35,875 nt of DNA from Planctomycetota bacterium (GTDB lineage: Bacteria > Planctomycetota > Planctomycetia > Pirellulales > Lacipirellulaceae), in NCBI GenBank assembly GCA_039190745.1, contig JBCCXZ010000038.1:1-35875 (forward strand). The letters run 5' to 3'. Positions within the stretch are counted from its first letter, which is position 1; each line of letters opens with the position of its first letter. Below, piece after piece: positions 1-11,200 of the stretch. The notes beneath the pieces were generated by a model, which made no database searches, was not told the origin of the DNA, and saw only the letters and a list, made by a program, of their open reading frames with translations. The translations under genes and the position numbers were made by a program.

Positions 1-568
1 GCCGGGTATCCCTCCGGGCGTGTTCGGGCGGCCTTCTCTGTTGACGCTTTCTCTGTACGCACTTGGGGCCACCGGAGGTCGTGCCTCGGCGGCCGCAAAC
101 TAACTATAGTGCGCGGCCCCGCGGGGTCTGGTTCAGCGGCGGGATTCTCGCTTGTGCAGTCGCACGCAGCTGGGGTTAATTCGACGCAAAACATTTAATT
201 GCAATCACTTACAATCTCTTGCCGCGTACGGGGACACGCACGCGAACCCGACGATTCCGGCCGGTAATCTGGGACATCTTCGCCCTGCCCGGGGACTCAG
301 CGAGGGCGACGCCCTTCGGAGATCGGCATCAAGGGACGCGGCGGTGCATCTTTCGCGCGCCCGGGCCTGCGGGTTGTGAGGGTTGGAAGGGTCTCGGCGG
401 TCGACTGTGCGGACCAGCCGGTCGGGATTGCGGCATTGGTAGAAAATCGGCCCGGCGACCGGCCCTTGCGGTTGGCGGCGTTCTAGATTTAGTCAGTTTC
501 ATGCCGCATCGCCCCCGGTCCGTCGATCGCCGGCCGGAGGGGTGCAAGTCACACGCTGCAGAAACCTC

Positions 569-3500
569 ATGCCTGAATTGCTCCAAGCTCCCGGCCAGAC
601 GCCTGCCGCGACGGCCGACGGCCTGCTGGTGTTGTCCGTCAGTACTCCGACCGGGGAGGTGCAGCGGCATGTGCTGGCGGTTGGCAAAAACACGATCGGC
701 TCTGGGCAACGGTGCCGCATCCAGCTGCAGGGCGACGGCGTGCTCCCGCTGCACTGCCTGATCTCTGTCGACGGCGGAGGGGCGACGGTCACGAGTTGGG
801 GTCCAGGCGCCGAGTTGAACGGAGAGCACTTTGGGTCTGCGGCACTCTGCTCCGGAGACCGGCTGGTGATCGGCGGTCACACACTAGCGCTCGACGAGTC
901 GCCGGAGGTAACAGACGCAGAACCAGCCCTCGACGAAACACCGAAGCAACGCCCGTTGCGCGCGGCGGCAGACGCCGTATCAGAATCTCAAGCTGAGTCT
1001 GAAGACCACGGTGAGAAGGCAGCGGCCCTAACAGAAGATCAGGGGGCCGAACAGCCCTCGCTAGAACCAGCCAATCCGAAAGCGGAATCCAGGGATGCAC
1101 CACTGCGGGATGCGGCCGCACAGAAGCAACCGGGATTGGAGTTGGTTGAGCCCCAAACGCCTCCGTTGGAAACGGCGGCGACAAACCCGGTTGCCGCAGT
1201 GGACTCGCTGCGGGACCTGCTTGAGGATCCTCCCCAAGAAGACCGCGAGTCGAGCGAGTTCACGGACGGACTGGAGTCCTTGAAAGCGGCGGAAGTCGAG
1301 GGACTCCGCTGCGAGGCGGAGCGGCTCAACGAGGAAGTGGCGATCCTGCGCCGGCAGCTCGCGGAGAAGTCGGCCGAGGCCGCGGGCTCGGCCCGCGACG
1401 CCACGCACTTGCAGACATCGCTGAGCGAGACGCAGGACGCCCTAGCGCAAGCGCTCACTACGGCCGCGCTGGACTCTGAAGAAACCCAACGCCTTGAAGA
1501 AGAGTTTGTCCGCCTGGGCAGGGAGCTGGAAGAAACCCGCGAGCAGATCGCCGAAGAGCGTGCCAAGGCCGGGGAGCTGCGCGAAGAGATCGCCGCGGAG
1601 CGTTCGGAGCACGTGGCGCTCTGCGAGCGGTTGAAGTCGGCCGAGGCCGAGCGTGCCTCCGCGGAGCAGAAGGCGGCGGAGCAGACGCAGGCCCTCACGG
1701 CGGCGAATTCTAAGATCGTCGAGCTGAAGTCGTTCGCCGAGAAGGAATCGGAACTCAACGACCGGATCGAGCAGCTGGAGGCCCTTAAGGCCAAACTCGA
1801 AGACTGCCTGAAGACGGCGGAGGCCGAGCGTGACCTGATGAGGCAGGAGCAGAGCGCTGTCGAGGCCCACTACACGGGGCTGAACGAACAGATCGGGCTG
1901 CTGCAGTCGACGCTTGGCAAGAAGGAATCGGAAGAGGCGCACCTCCACGAGAAGATCTCGTCGCTGGAGGCGGCGCTGCGGGGTTCGAAGGAAGCCCTTG
2001 AAAAAGCGACCAACCAGGAAAGTCAGCGGCATTCCGAAGAGGCGCAGGCCCTGCGAGCGGCAGAAGACGCACGCGAGCAGCTACGCTCGACGCGAGAAGC
2101 CCTGGAGCAAGAGGGGCTTCGCCTGGCGGAAGCGCAGGCTGAAGCCGAGCGGCAAGGGGTTGGCCTGGCGACCGCCCAAGAGCAGCTCGTGGAGTTGGAG
2201 ACCGAGAACCGCGGCTTGCGGGACGAGGTGTTCCGGCTTCAAGAGGCCGCGACGGCGGCGGCGGGCGAGATCGAACACTGGCAGCGGCAAGCCGAGGGGC
2301 GTGCCGAGGAACTCAACGCGAAGAACGCCGAACGCACAGAGCAAGCCGGGGCTTTGGCCGCGGTCGAACGCGAGCTGGCCGAGGCCCGCGCTGAACTCGA
2401 GTCCCGCAAAACTGCCGACCCGCAGCACGCCGAGCAGCTCCGGCGCCTAGAAGCAACCGCGGAGGGGCTCCGCGAAGAGCTGCGCTCGACCCGCGAGAGG
2501 CTAGAAGATCAGACGCGCGAACGTCAGGCGGCCGGTTCCGAGCTTGAACGGCTGGGGGTTGAGAAGGAACGGTCCCAGGAGCAGCTCGCGGAGCTCGAGC
2601 AGGAGAACCGGGCGCTGCGTGACGAGTCGTTCGGTCACCAAGAGTCCGCACGCGAAGCGGTCGAAGAACGTGACCGGCTGCGGAATGAACTGAGCCGGCT
2701 TGGGCAGGAAGTCGCTCAACTGCAAGCGGCTGATCAAGGTCGCGACGCGGCGGAAGCGGGGCAAGCAGACCAGCGGCAGCGTATCGAAGAGCTCGAACGA
2801 TTGCTCACGGAGCGCGACGGACAGCTCGCAGGGCTGCAGGCCGAGTTCGCTTCGGCGGCGAGTGAAACAGAGACGGTCGAGCGGCTCAAGCAAGAAATCA
2901 ACGCGCTCTCCACAACCGCGGCGGAGACGGACCGGCGGGCGTGCGAAACGCAGGAGCAGCTCGCGGCCGTGCAGGAAGCGCTTCGCGAACGCGAGGTGAG
3001 CTGCGCCGAGTTGGAAGACGCACGCACGCGGCTCACGGAGCAGGTAGAGGAGATGACTCACCGCCTGCAGGCCGCCGACTGGGCGCTCGAAGCGACCGAA
3101 GCAACCGAAGCGGGGTTGGCTGGGACTGAGGATTCTGAGCCATCGCCGGAGGAGCCGCCCGCGGAAACCCCTCCGGTGTCGGAGTTAGCATCGGACGGCG
3201 TCGAGGACGGTCGGGAAGAGGCGCCGGCGCCCGTCGAGGCCGCCGTTGACCCCGACCCGGTTGCAGACTTGTTCGCGGCGCCCGCGGAGGAGCCGTCCGA
3301 GGAGCCCGAGCCGTTCCAACCGGAATCGTTCATCGACCAGTACCAACATATGCTGCCGGATGAGAACGAGCCGATCGCCCCGGTTCCTGTCGACGAGGAG
3401 CGTCGACAAACGCCCCGGCCGGCGGGGCCGGCGGACGACGACGAGTCGGCGCTCGAGATGTACATGGAGAACCTGATGCGTCGGGTACGCGGGGAATCCA

Positions 3501-3979
3501 ACGGCGAAACGCCGCCGCCGGTCGCGGTTGAAGAGATCGAAGCCCCGGCGCCCAAGCCTGTGCAGGTCGATGCCGCTGCGGCGCGGCTCAGCTCCGTCGA
3601 GCCGTCGGTCGACAACATCGTCGAAGAGCAAGCGATGTCGCTCGAGGAATGGGCATCCACTGCTCGGAAGTCTCAGCCCTCGGGAGACCTCAACGCGATG
3701 CGGGAGTTGGCGAACAGCTCCGCCCGGCAGGCGATCGCCACACACTCCCGGCAGAGTCTGCTGGAATCGCGGGTTTACCAGGCGATCGGGTGCGCCATTC
3801 TCATCGGCGTCGGCGTCTACGTGCTGATGAGCGCACCGCGCATCGGGTTGCCGGTGGTCTTGAGCGCGGCGGCGCTCTTCGGGGCGGCTGGTTGGCTCGG
3901 CTGGCGGCTGACGCACTGTGTCGTGCGGAACCGGGCGGCAGACCCGCTCAAGCAGAACGATTCCGAGGCCCGCGGCTAG
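569..3979 (+). CDS. Large FHA-like domain / coiled-coil protein with two C-terminal transmembrane helices
   Basis: N-terminal FHA-like pattern (GKNTIGS...LPLHCLI...ELNG...GDRLVIGG), a very long E/Q/A/R-rich heptad region, an acidic Pro-rich linker and two hydrophobic helices at the C-terminus. ATG 569 preferred over GTG 542. Confidence 0.75.
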   Translation: MPELLQAPGQTPAATADGLLVLSVSTPTGEVQRHVLAVGKNTIGSGQRCRIQLQGDGVLPLHCLISVDGGGATVTSWGPGAELNGEHFGSAALCSGDRLVIGGHTLALDESPEVTDAEPALDETPKQRPLRAAADAVSESQAESEDHGEKAAALTEDQGAEQPSLEPANPKAESRDAPLRDAAAQKQPGLELVEPQTPPLETAATNPVAAVDSLRDLLEDPPQEDRESSEFTDGLESLKAAEVEGLRCEAERLNEEVAILRRQLAEKSAEAAGSARDATHLQTSLSETQDALAQALTTAALDSEETQRLEEEFVRLGRELEETREQIAEERAKAGELREEIAAERSEHVALCERLKSAEAERASAEQKAAEQTQALTAANSKIVELKSFAEKESELNDRIEQLEALKAKLEDCLKTAEAERDLMRQEQSAVEAHYTGLNEQIGLLQSTLGKKESEEAHLHEKISSLEAALRGSKEALEKATNQESQRHSEEAQALRAAEDAREQLRSTREALEQEGLRLAEAQAEAERQGVGLATAQEQLVELETENRGLRDEVFRLQEAATAAAGEIEHWQRQAEGRAEELNAKNAERTEQAGALAAVERELAEARAELESRKTADPQHAEQLRRLEATAEGLREELRSTRERLEDQTRERQAAGSELERLGVEKERSQEQLAELEQENRALRDESFGHQESAREAVEERDRLRNELSRLGQEVAQLQAADQGRDAAEAGQADQRQRIEELERLLTERDGQLAGLQAEFASAASETETVERLKQEINALSTTAAETDRRACETQEQLAAVQEALREREVSCAELEDARTRLTEQVEEMTHRLQAADWALEATEATEAGLAGTEDSEPSPEEPPAETPPVSELASDGVEDGREEAPAPVEAAVDPDPVADLFAAPAEEPSEEPEPFQPESFIDQYQHMLPDENEPIAPVPVDEERRQTPRPAGPADDDESALEMYMENLMRRVRGESNGETPPPVAVEEIEAPAPKPVQVDAAAARLSSVEPSVDNIVEEQAMSLEEWASTARKSQPSGDLNAMRELANSSARQAIATHSRQSLLESRVYQAIGCAILIGVGVYVLMSAPRIGLPVVLSAAALFGAAGWLGWRLTHCVVRNRAADPLKQNDSEARG

Positions 3980-3988
3980 CGAGGCTTG

Positions 3989-4999
3989 TTAGAACCCTCT
4001 GGCGGCGCAGACGTCCTCGAAGTCGATCAGGTGGTAGCCTAGCCCTGCGAAGTCGAGCACCCGGGTGAGCCCGCGGAGCGCGACGCCGAAACCGTCGGGG
4101 CCGCTGTAGCCTCCGTACTGCCCACCGCCTTTGACGTGCGGTTCGAGGTCGAGGAAGACGCCGGGGATCCCGCGGCGTTTGAGGCGGCGCTCAAGCTTGG
4201 GCACGTGCTGGGCGAAGTCTTTGAGGATGAGCGCGTGGGCGCTGTCACCGATGTCGGCGGGGACGAAGTTCTTGAGCTTCTCTTCGTCGACGTGCTGCTG
4301 CCGCTGCCCGCCGGGCGAGCGGTAGTCTTTGATGTGGAGCCAGCCCAGGCTGGGTCGCATCAGCAGGTACTGCTCGTAGACCTCGGTGGTCGAGTAGCCC
4401 TGGCTGATGAGGTTGCCGCCGTCGAAGATGGTGACCATAGCGGGGTGGTTCACTTTGCGGTGCAGCTCGGCGAGGAGCTGGCCCGACTGGCCGATGAGGT
4501 TGGCCTCGACCTCCAGGCCGAAGGTGAGGTCGCTGCGGTGGCAGGCCTCGGCGATCTCGCCGAGCTGGTCGACCGCCTGCGGGAGGTGGTCCCACGGGTC
4601 TTCGCCGCGGGGGTGGTAGAAGGAGAACCCGCGGATGAGCTTGGTCTCGAACGCGTGGGCGAGGTCGCAGGCGCGGGCGACTTCCCCGGCCAGGTATTTC
4701 TTAAAAGGCACGTAGCGGTTGTCGGTGCCGTCGTCGACGTTCTTGAGCTTGACCTTGCCGATGGGCGAGCCGATCGACGAGACGTTCATTCCGTACTCGT
4801 CTTCGATGTGCCGGAGCTTCGAGACCTCGGCCTTGGTGAGCTTCATCACGTTCTTGACGCCGTTGCCCAGATCCACAAACCGCAGGCTGTAGTACTGCAG
4901 CCCCAAGGCGGAGAAGGCGGCGAACTGCTCGGCGGGCGTCTTGTGGATGGCGGCCTCGTCGGCGAAGCCGGAGAGGACGATCTGCGGTTGGTCGGGCAT
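3989..4999 (-). CDS. Sugar phosphate isomerase/epimerase (xylose isomerase-like TIM barrel)
   Basis: Motifs SGFADE, SIGSPIGK, IRGFSFY, LEVE, FDGGN, HIKD, LEPH. The real start is ATG 4999 (MPDQPQIVL), not 6166 as in the ORF track. Confidence 0.8.
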   Translation of the reverse strand: MPDQPQIVLSGFADEAAIHKTPAEQFAAFSALGLQYYSLRFVDLGNGVKNVMKLTKAEVSKLRHIEDEYGMNVSSIGSPIGKVKLKNVDDGTDNRYVPFKKYLAGEVARACDLAHAFETKLIRGFSFYHPRGEDPWDHLPQAVDQLGEIAEACHRSDLTFGLEVEANLIGQSGQLLAELHRKVNHPAMVTIFDGGNLISQGYSTTEVYEQYLLMRPSLGWLHIKDYRSPGGQRQQHVDEEKLKNFVPADIGDSAHALILKDFAQHVPKLERRLKRRGIPGVFLDLEPHVKGGGQYGGYSGPDGFGVALRGLTRVLDFAGLGYHLIDFEDVCAARGF

Positions 5000-5046
5000 G
5001 GCTGGTCGCTCTGGAGAAGTGCGTGTGGAAGCGCCGAATCGGGGCT

Positions 5047-5403
5047 TCAAACGGCCGAGGCGTGTTGGGCGGTGACGATCTCGGTGATGCCGCCGCGGGC
5101 GTTGAATGACCCTTGGACCTTGATCCAACGGGGTTTGGTCACCGCGACGAGGTCGTCGAGGATGGTGTTGACGACGTTCTCGTAGAAGATGCCCTCGTTG
5201 CGGTAGGCCTGCAGGTAGAACTTGAGGCTCTTCAGCTCGACGCACAGCGCATCGGGCGTGTAGTTGATGGTGATGGTCGCAAAGTCTGGCTGCCCCGTCT
5301 TGGGGCAGACCGAGGTGAACTCGGGGCCGTTGATCTCGATCTTGTAATCCCGCTGCGGGAACTGGTTCTCGAACGTTTCGAGCGTGTCTCTGGGGACTGC
5401 CAT
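5047..5403 (-). CDS. queF: NADPH-dependent preQ0 reductase, unimodular (type I) QueF
   Basis: [16 protein letters not shown] (catalytic Cys/Asp), QueF motif [12 protein letters not shown] and ARGGI; AAGGAAAG upstream of the ATG. Confidence 0.93.
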   Translation of the reverse strand: MAVPRDTLETFENQFPQRDYKIEINGPEFTSVCPKTGQPDFATITINYTPDALCVELKSLKFYLQAYRNEGIFYENVVNTILDDLVAVTKPRWIKVQGSFNARGGITEIVTAQHASAV

Positions 5404-5584
5404 GCGGTCGCTTTCCTTTTCTTGCTAGCGTCGCTTTGCGACTGGGTGGGCATTGTGCCATGATGGGAGTTGGTACGGTAGTGGCCGGGGATCGCGTCCG
5501 CCAGCGGGAAGGCCGAGCTGGGCGTTGAGGCGGTAACCGATTCGATTTTTCTGGAATAAGCCAGCTGCGGATGAGTGAGCTCGG

Positions 5585-6316
5585 ATGAGTGGGCCAAGAC
5601 AACCGGCGGTGCTCCTGCTCTCGGGCGGGCTCGATTCCGCGACGACCGGGGCTATCGCGCGGGACCAGGGGTTCGATTTGTTCGCCTTGAGCGTCGACTA
5701 CGGTCAGCGGCACCGGTTCGAACTGGAGTCTGCGGCGCGTGTCGCCGAGGCTCTGGGCGTTCAAGAACACAAGACTGTGCAGGTGGACCTCGCTTCGCTT
5801 GGCGGGAGTGCGCTCACCGATGCAATCGACGTTCCGCAGGACCGCGGCGACGAGGAGATGGCCGACGGCATCCCGGTGACCTACGTGCCAGCCCGGAACA
5901 CAGTGATGCTCTCGATTGCGTTGGGCTACGCCGAGGTGCTGGGGGCGGCCGATCTTTTTGTGGGCGTCAACGCGGTGGACTACAGCGGCTACCCCGACTG
6001 CCGGCCGGAGTTTGTGCGGGCGTTCGAGGAAGTAGCCAACCTGGCCACTAAGGCCGGGGTCGAGGGGCCCCATCGCCTGCGTGTGCACACGCCGTTGATC
6101 GACCTGACCAAAGCCGAGATCATCCGCCGCGGGACCGAGTTGGGCGTCGACTACAGCCTGACGCACACCTGCTACGCGCCCGAGGCCGACGGTTCGTCTT
6201 GCGGCCGTTGCGACGCGTGCATCCTGCGGCTGAAGGGCTTTGCTGAGGCGGGGCTGAGCGACCCCATCCGCTACGCCGCAGGCACGCCGGCGGCCGGGCA
6301 GGGGGTGAGCGGATGA
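5585..6316 (+). CDS. queC: 7-cyano-7-deazaguanine (preQ0) synthase
   Basis: SGGLDS PP-loop, [20 protein letters not shown] and Zn ligands TC...CGRCDAC. Confidence 0.96.
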   Translation: MSGPRQPAVLLLSGGLDSATTGAIARDQGFDLFALSVDYGQRHRFELESAARVAEALGVQEHKTVQVDLASLGGSALTDAIDVPQDRGDEEMADGIPVTYVPARNTVMLSIALGYAEVLGAADLFVGVNAVDYSGYPDCRPEFVRAFEEVANLATKAGVEGPHRLRVHTPLIDLTKAEIIRRGTELGVDYSLTHTCYAPEADGSSCGRCDACILRLKGFAEAGLSDPIRYAAGTPAAGQGVSG

Positions 6317-6999
6317 AGGTGGCGGAGATCTATAAGTCGATCCAGGGCGAGGGCCTGCTGACCGGCGTGACGAGCGTGTTCGTCCGCACGAGCGGCTGCA
6401 ACCTGCGGTGCTGGTTCTGCGACACTCCGTGGGCGTCGTGGCAGCCCGAGGGCCGCGACTACTCGGTCGACGACATCCTGGCGGGCATCGAGGAGTGGGA
6501 CGCGAGCCACGCCGTGCTGACCGGCGGCGAACCGATGCTGTTCGCCGAGTTGATCCCGCTGACTGAGCGGTTGCGTCAGCGTCGGGTGCACGTGACCGTC
6601 GAGACCGCGGGAACGCTCTACCTGCCGGTGCATTGCGACCTGATGTCGATCAGCCCGAAGCTCGCCTCAAGCGGCCCGGGGGACGCGGCCGGGCCGGGCT
6701 GGCGGCGGCGGCACGAACGGGATCGGCTGCGCATGGACGTGCTGAACCGCCTGATCGCGGAGTACGACTACCAGCTGAAGTTTGTCGTCGACCGCGCGAG
6801 CGAACTCGACGAGGTCGAGGAACTGCTGGACGGGCTCGACACCTACGAGCCGGAGCGGGTGCTGCTGATGCCGCAGTCGCAGACGTTGGAAGAAGTGAAG
6901 CAGCGGGCCGTGTGGCTGAAGCCGCACTGCTCCGACCGCGGGTACACGTACTGCCCACGGCGGCAGCTGGAGTGGTTCGGCTCGGCGCGGGGGACCTAA
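6313..6999 (+). CDS. queE: 7-carboxy-7-deazaguanine synthase (radical SAM)
   Basis: [14 protein letters not shown] (CxxxCxxC), TGGEP, ETAG, SISPKL; ATGA overlap with queC. Confidence 0.93.
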   Translation: MKVAEIYKSIQGEGLLTGVTSVFVRTSGCNLRCWFCDTPWASWQPEGRDYSVDDILAGIEEWDASHAVLTGGEPMLFAELIPLTERLRQRRVHVTVETAGTLYLPVHCDLMSISPKLASSGPGDAAGPGWRRRHERDRLRMDVLNRLIAEYDYQLKFVVDRASELDEVEELLDGLDTYEPERVLLMPQSQTLEEVKQRAVWLKPHCSDRGYTYCPRRQLEWFGSARGT

Positions 7000-7008
7000 G
7001 CGGCTCGC

Positions 7009-8193
7009 CTAGTTTCCGTCGTCTGCCGAGTGAGGCTTGTCGACCGATGCGTCGGTTTGGTTTTCGCCGGCAGGCTCTACAGGAGGCTCCGCCTCCTTCT
7101 GAAGCTCGGACTCTCCCTCCGGCTTCTTGGGCGGGGCCCCTTTCGGAGCGAACACCAACACCAAAGCGGCGCCGGCAACCACCAGCATCAAACCCGCGAG
7201 GAAGAGGGCGGAGACTTCGGACCACAAACCTCGTGTGAACGTCGTGAACAGCGTGTTGATCACCGGGGCGGCGCCGAACACGAGCGGCATCACGTAGACC
7301 GGTTTGCCGCCGAAGGCGAAGGCCATGATGATGCCCAGCGCACCGATGGCCCCCGCACTACCCGCCGCGAGGCTCCAAATGGTTCCCGAGAAGTTGTACA
7401 CACTCGCCTCGGGGACGACCGGCAGGACGATGTTTGGGACGATCACGGCGATCGCAAAGTAAGCCAGCCCGACACAGATGAGCGGGCGGAGGCGGCTCTG
7501 CTTCATCGCGGCCTGCCCCTTGTGGAGCACGGGGCCGTAGGCGCCCCAGCAGCATACGACCAAGGCGATCGAGGCGATCTGCAAGACAAATCGCGAGAAG
7601 AAGCCCGCCTCTTCCTCGACGGCCTGCTCGATATCGCCGTTTGCTTCTGCGTTGGCTTCATCGGTTGCCGCTGCAGCGGCTTCGGCCTCCGCGGCGGGAG
7701 GCTTGGCATCTGCTTTGGCGGGACGCGGCGCGAAGGAGAGCACCGTGACCGCTCCCATGAGCACCATGATGAGCCCGGCAATGAAAACGGGGCCGATCTC
7801 TTTGAATTTCTTGGCCCAGTAGATGGTGATGAACGAGTTGACCACCGGGGCCCCGCCGAAGACGAGCGGCATGACAAACACGGGCCGGCCGCCGAAGGTG
7901 AAAGCCATGATGATGCCCAAGGCGCCGACGGCCCCCAGGGCTCCGGCGAGGAAGCTGAGGGTGCTGCCGCGTGCGGTCCACTCGCCGGCCTCGCCGCGGG
8001 CCTTCAGCAAACCACTAGGGACGAGCACGCCGATGATGAAGTAGGCGAAGCCCACGCAGACAAACGGCCGCAGTCGGGCGTACTCGCCGATGGTCGACAT
8101 GTCGCCCTGGCCCCAATGGAGCACGGGGCCGTAGACGCCCCAGGAGAGGCCGGTCAGCGCGATCGAGGCCAGGACGAGGAGGATGCTGCGCAT
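7009..8193 (-). CDS. Internally duplicated integral membrane protein, DMT/EamA-like
   Basis: Two homologous ~150-aa multi-TM halves (WGxYGPVLHxGQ...RLRP...GALGIIMAF...VMPLVFGxAPV[VI]N) joined by an Ala/Glu linker; start ATG 8193 (MRSILL). Confidence 0.7.
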   Translation of the reverse strand: MRSILLVLASIALTGLSWGVYGPVLHWGQGDMSTIGEYARLRPFVCVGFAYFIIGVLVPSGLLKARGEAGEWTARGSTLSFLAGALGAVGALGIIMAFTFGGRPVFVMPLVFGGAPVVNSFITIYWAKKFKEIGPVFIAGLIMVLMGAVTVLSFAPRPAKADAKPPAAEAEAAAAATDEANAEANGDIEQAVEEEAGFFSRFVLQIASIALVVCCWGAYGPVLHKGQAAMKQSRLRPLICVGLAYFAIAVIVPNIVLPVVPEASVYNFSGTIWSLAAGSAGAIGALGIIMAFAFGGKPVYVMPLVFGAAPVINTLFTTFTRGLWSEVSALFLAGLMLVVAGAALVLVFAPKGAPPKKPEGESELQKEAEPPVEPAGENQTDASVDKPHSADDGN

Positions 8194-8260
8194 GGCGTGC
8201 GTCTGTCGGGGGTGGGGGGGCGGGCTTTGGGGACACTCTAGTGCAGCGGTTGCGGGGGGG

Positions 8261-11200
8261 CTAGTCGCCCCGCAGCGCCGGCACCAGCGGGGCGCGGACC
8301 GCGGTGCGAACCGCGAGCCAGCTCGCCGCGACGCCCGATACGGCCACCAGCGTGAGCAGCACGGCGAGCGTGCCCCACGGGGCCGCGGCTTCTTGTGTGA
8401 AGGCGTGCGGGAGCACCGCCGCGAGTGCGGCGAGGCACCCAAACGCGAGCCCCACGAGCAAGAGCACTAGGTTTTCACTCAGCACAAGACGGCCGAGCTG
8501 CGAGCGGGTGAACCCCACAGCGCGGAGCAACGCAAGTTCGCCGCGGCGCTCGACGACGCTGCGGAGCTGTGCGATCGCCAGGCCGACCGTGCCGAGCAGC
8601 AGCCCGAGGCCGCCAAGGGATTGGAAAGTCGAAAGGTAGGTGTTCTGCACCGCGAGGAAGCGGGCGAGCAGCGCGTTGGCGTCGATTGCGTCGAGGCCGA
8701 AGTCGCTGAGCTCGGCTTCGAGCAGTTCGCCGAGTTTGGCCGCTTGGCCATCGACCAGAAACAGGCGGCGGCCGGCGGTCTCGGGGAACAGGCGGACAAA
8801 CCATGCGTCAGAAACCATCAGCTTGCCCTGCAACACGCTGCCGGCGAGCAGGGCGACCACTTCGAGCGTGACGGGGTTGTCGGCAGCGTCGCGGATAGTG
8901 AGCCGCGAACCGACGCCGCCTAGGTGCAGGCTGTAGGCGGCGGTGTTCTTGTCGAGCACCACGGGCACAACGGGCTCGCCCCGGTCGTCCTTGCCGAGGT
9001 CGGAGCCTAGCAGGTCCCAGGGCGAGCGGTGCTGCTTGAACAACTTGGCGGTGGAGGCCCAGCCGAAGCGGTCGCCCTCGGCGAGCGACTCGGGGACGCC
9101 GAGCACCGTCGGCTGCGCGGTTTGGTAAAGGTTCAAACAGCTCGCGTCCTCGCCGTCGTGGACGCGGAAGCCCCGGACGCGGGCGTCGGCGAGCAGGTTG
9201 CCCAGTTCATTGCCCAACCCGAGTTGCTCTCGGCCTGCTTCGGCGGCGGGGTCGTAGACGATGGGCAGGTCGGCCGTCGCGTAGAGCCCGAAGCCGCCGG
9301 TGCCGGCTTCGGTCGGGGCGAGGCGGAAGGCGCTGATCGCGACGATCAGGAAGCAGGCCACGGAGGTGAGGCCGACGGCGAGCAGCGTGCGGCCGGGGTT
9401 GCGGCGGGCGGTGATCGCGGCGAGCGAACGGGCGGCGAAGCTGGTCGGGGAGGAGTCTTCCGGGCGGCGGAGCGCGGCCCGCAGCCACGCGATCATCGCC
9501 GCGAGCACCAAGGCCCCGCTGCCGAAGAAGGCGCCGGCTTGGGCCTCGCCCTCCAGCGTAAACGCCGCGACCGAAAGCGCTGCGGCTCCGGCAAGGAGCA
9601 CGGTCCGCAAAGTGCGGCCGACACGCGCGGCGGTCTTTGCCCCTGAAACTGCTTCGGTCGTCCCGGCCAGCAGTTTCCCGGGCGGCAGCTTGAGTAGCTT
9701 GCGGAGAGACGTCAGCGAGGCGGCGACGCCGAACGCGAAGCCGATCGCCCCGCCAATGAGCAGGCTGCGCGGCGGGGTGTGTAACGACAGGAACGGTACC
9801 ACCGTCGCCTCGACCCACCAGGTCGAAAGGCCGTAGATCATCACGCGGGCGTAGGCCACGCCCGTGGGGACGCCGACCAGCGTACCGACCGCGGCAACGA
9901 CGGCGGCCTCGGTCCCTGCGTAGCGGAGTTGCTTCGCTGGAGTAAGCCCGGCTGCGCCGAGCAGGCCGAATTCCTTCGCGCGGCCGTCGACGCCCAAGCG
10001 GAAGAGCAGGACGATCAGCATCACGGCCGAGGCCATCAGGAAGAAGCTGAACCCGAGAAACAGGCCCTCGAACGGCGTCGTGCCCGAGGCGGCCTGCAGG
10101 GCTTGGGCTTTGACGGGCAGAAGTTGCATGCCCAACTCGTTGGGGTCCAGCTCCGCGGCGAGGCGAGCGGCGATGCCTTCGGCTGAATCGCCTTCGGCAA
10201 GTGGAAGACGGAGCAGGCTCACGTCGCCCCACCGCGTCTGCCACAAGCGGCGGGCCAGCGGCAGCGAGACGAACGCCTTGGGTGTGGTGCGGTAGTCGTT
10301 CCAGTAGTCCTCGTCGGCCTGGCCGATGGGCTCGACCAGTTCGAAGGGCAGGTCCCAGTCGTTGATGGAGTCTTGGTCGGTCACGCCGGGTAGGGTGGGC
10401 GTGAAGGTCGCCGCGGCAATGCGGGCCGGTGCGCCGTCAGCGGTTTGCAGCGGCACCACGGCTTTGAGCTTCAGCCGCAGGGGCTCGGCGATTTCCAGGC
10501 GGCCGTGCGTGGTTTCGGGCTCGTAGTACGTTAGCCCGACATCGTCGCCTACCGCGACGCCCAAGGCGTCGGCAGCCCAGTCGTTGAGGACGACCTCGTC
10601 TTCGGCGATAGGGATTGGCTGGCCCGACTTGTCGAGCAGCGGCCCGAGGCCGGGGCGGCTCTCGATGCCGGTGACGGTGGAGTAGGGGATCGACTTGCCG
10701 CCGGCCTCGATGGTGTTGGCAAGGTAAGTGACGACCGGCAGGGGCGCGCTATCGGCAAAGACTTTCTCGGCGGTTGCCACAACGTGACTGGGCAGGACGA
10801 GCCGGTCGCTGGCGATCACCGCGACACGGCCGCCGTCGGCAGCGGTCTCTTCTTCGACGGTGAGGCCGTAATCGGTGAGCTTGGGTTTCAATGCCCCTCG
10901 GAGCGAATCGCTCGCCGCACCGGCTCCATTGCCAGCGATCAATAGGGCGTTCGCCCGGCGGGGCAAATCGAGCACGTCTTGCAGCACGACCAGTGGAACG
11001 AACACGTTCCGCGGTCGCTGCTGGCTGGGGGCCACCGAGAAGTTCGCCAAGCCGTCGTTGGGCAACACGGCGGCCACCTCGAGCCGCCGCGAGGCGGTGG
11101 CGTCGAGCTTGTCGCCGAGCACACTCTCGGCGGGGCTGGAACCGGGCCGCGGGATTTTGAGCAGGACCGTGTCGCCCACCGCCACGGCAAGCTCCTCGGC

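Noticed and set aside
185..213. AT-rich degenerate inverted repeat / IHF-like site (TTGCAAtcacTTA) upstream of the FHA gene
   Set aside because: Only about half of the arm positions pair and the IHF match is imperfect; too weak to call. No convincing ncRNA or CDS was found in 1-568.
5404..5584. preQ1 riboswitch in the queF/queC intergenic region
   Set aside because: Only a short GTCGC-AAA-GCGAC hairpin and a repeated AAAGCGAC are visible upstream of queF, without the class I loop and AAAAAAC tail. An Infernal/Rfam search would settle it.
5000..6166. N-terminal ~390 aa of the 725-aa minus-strand ORF
   Set aside because: It overlaps queF out of frame and is antisense to queC. Recognisable TIM-barrel sequence starts only at ATG 4999, so this is an open frame expected in high-GC DNA.
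5047..6999. 7-deazaguanine DNA-modification (dpd) island
   Set aside because: No dpdA/tgt-like, helicase or mobile genes, and the presence of queF points to ordinary tRNA queuosine synthesis.
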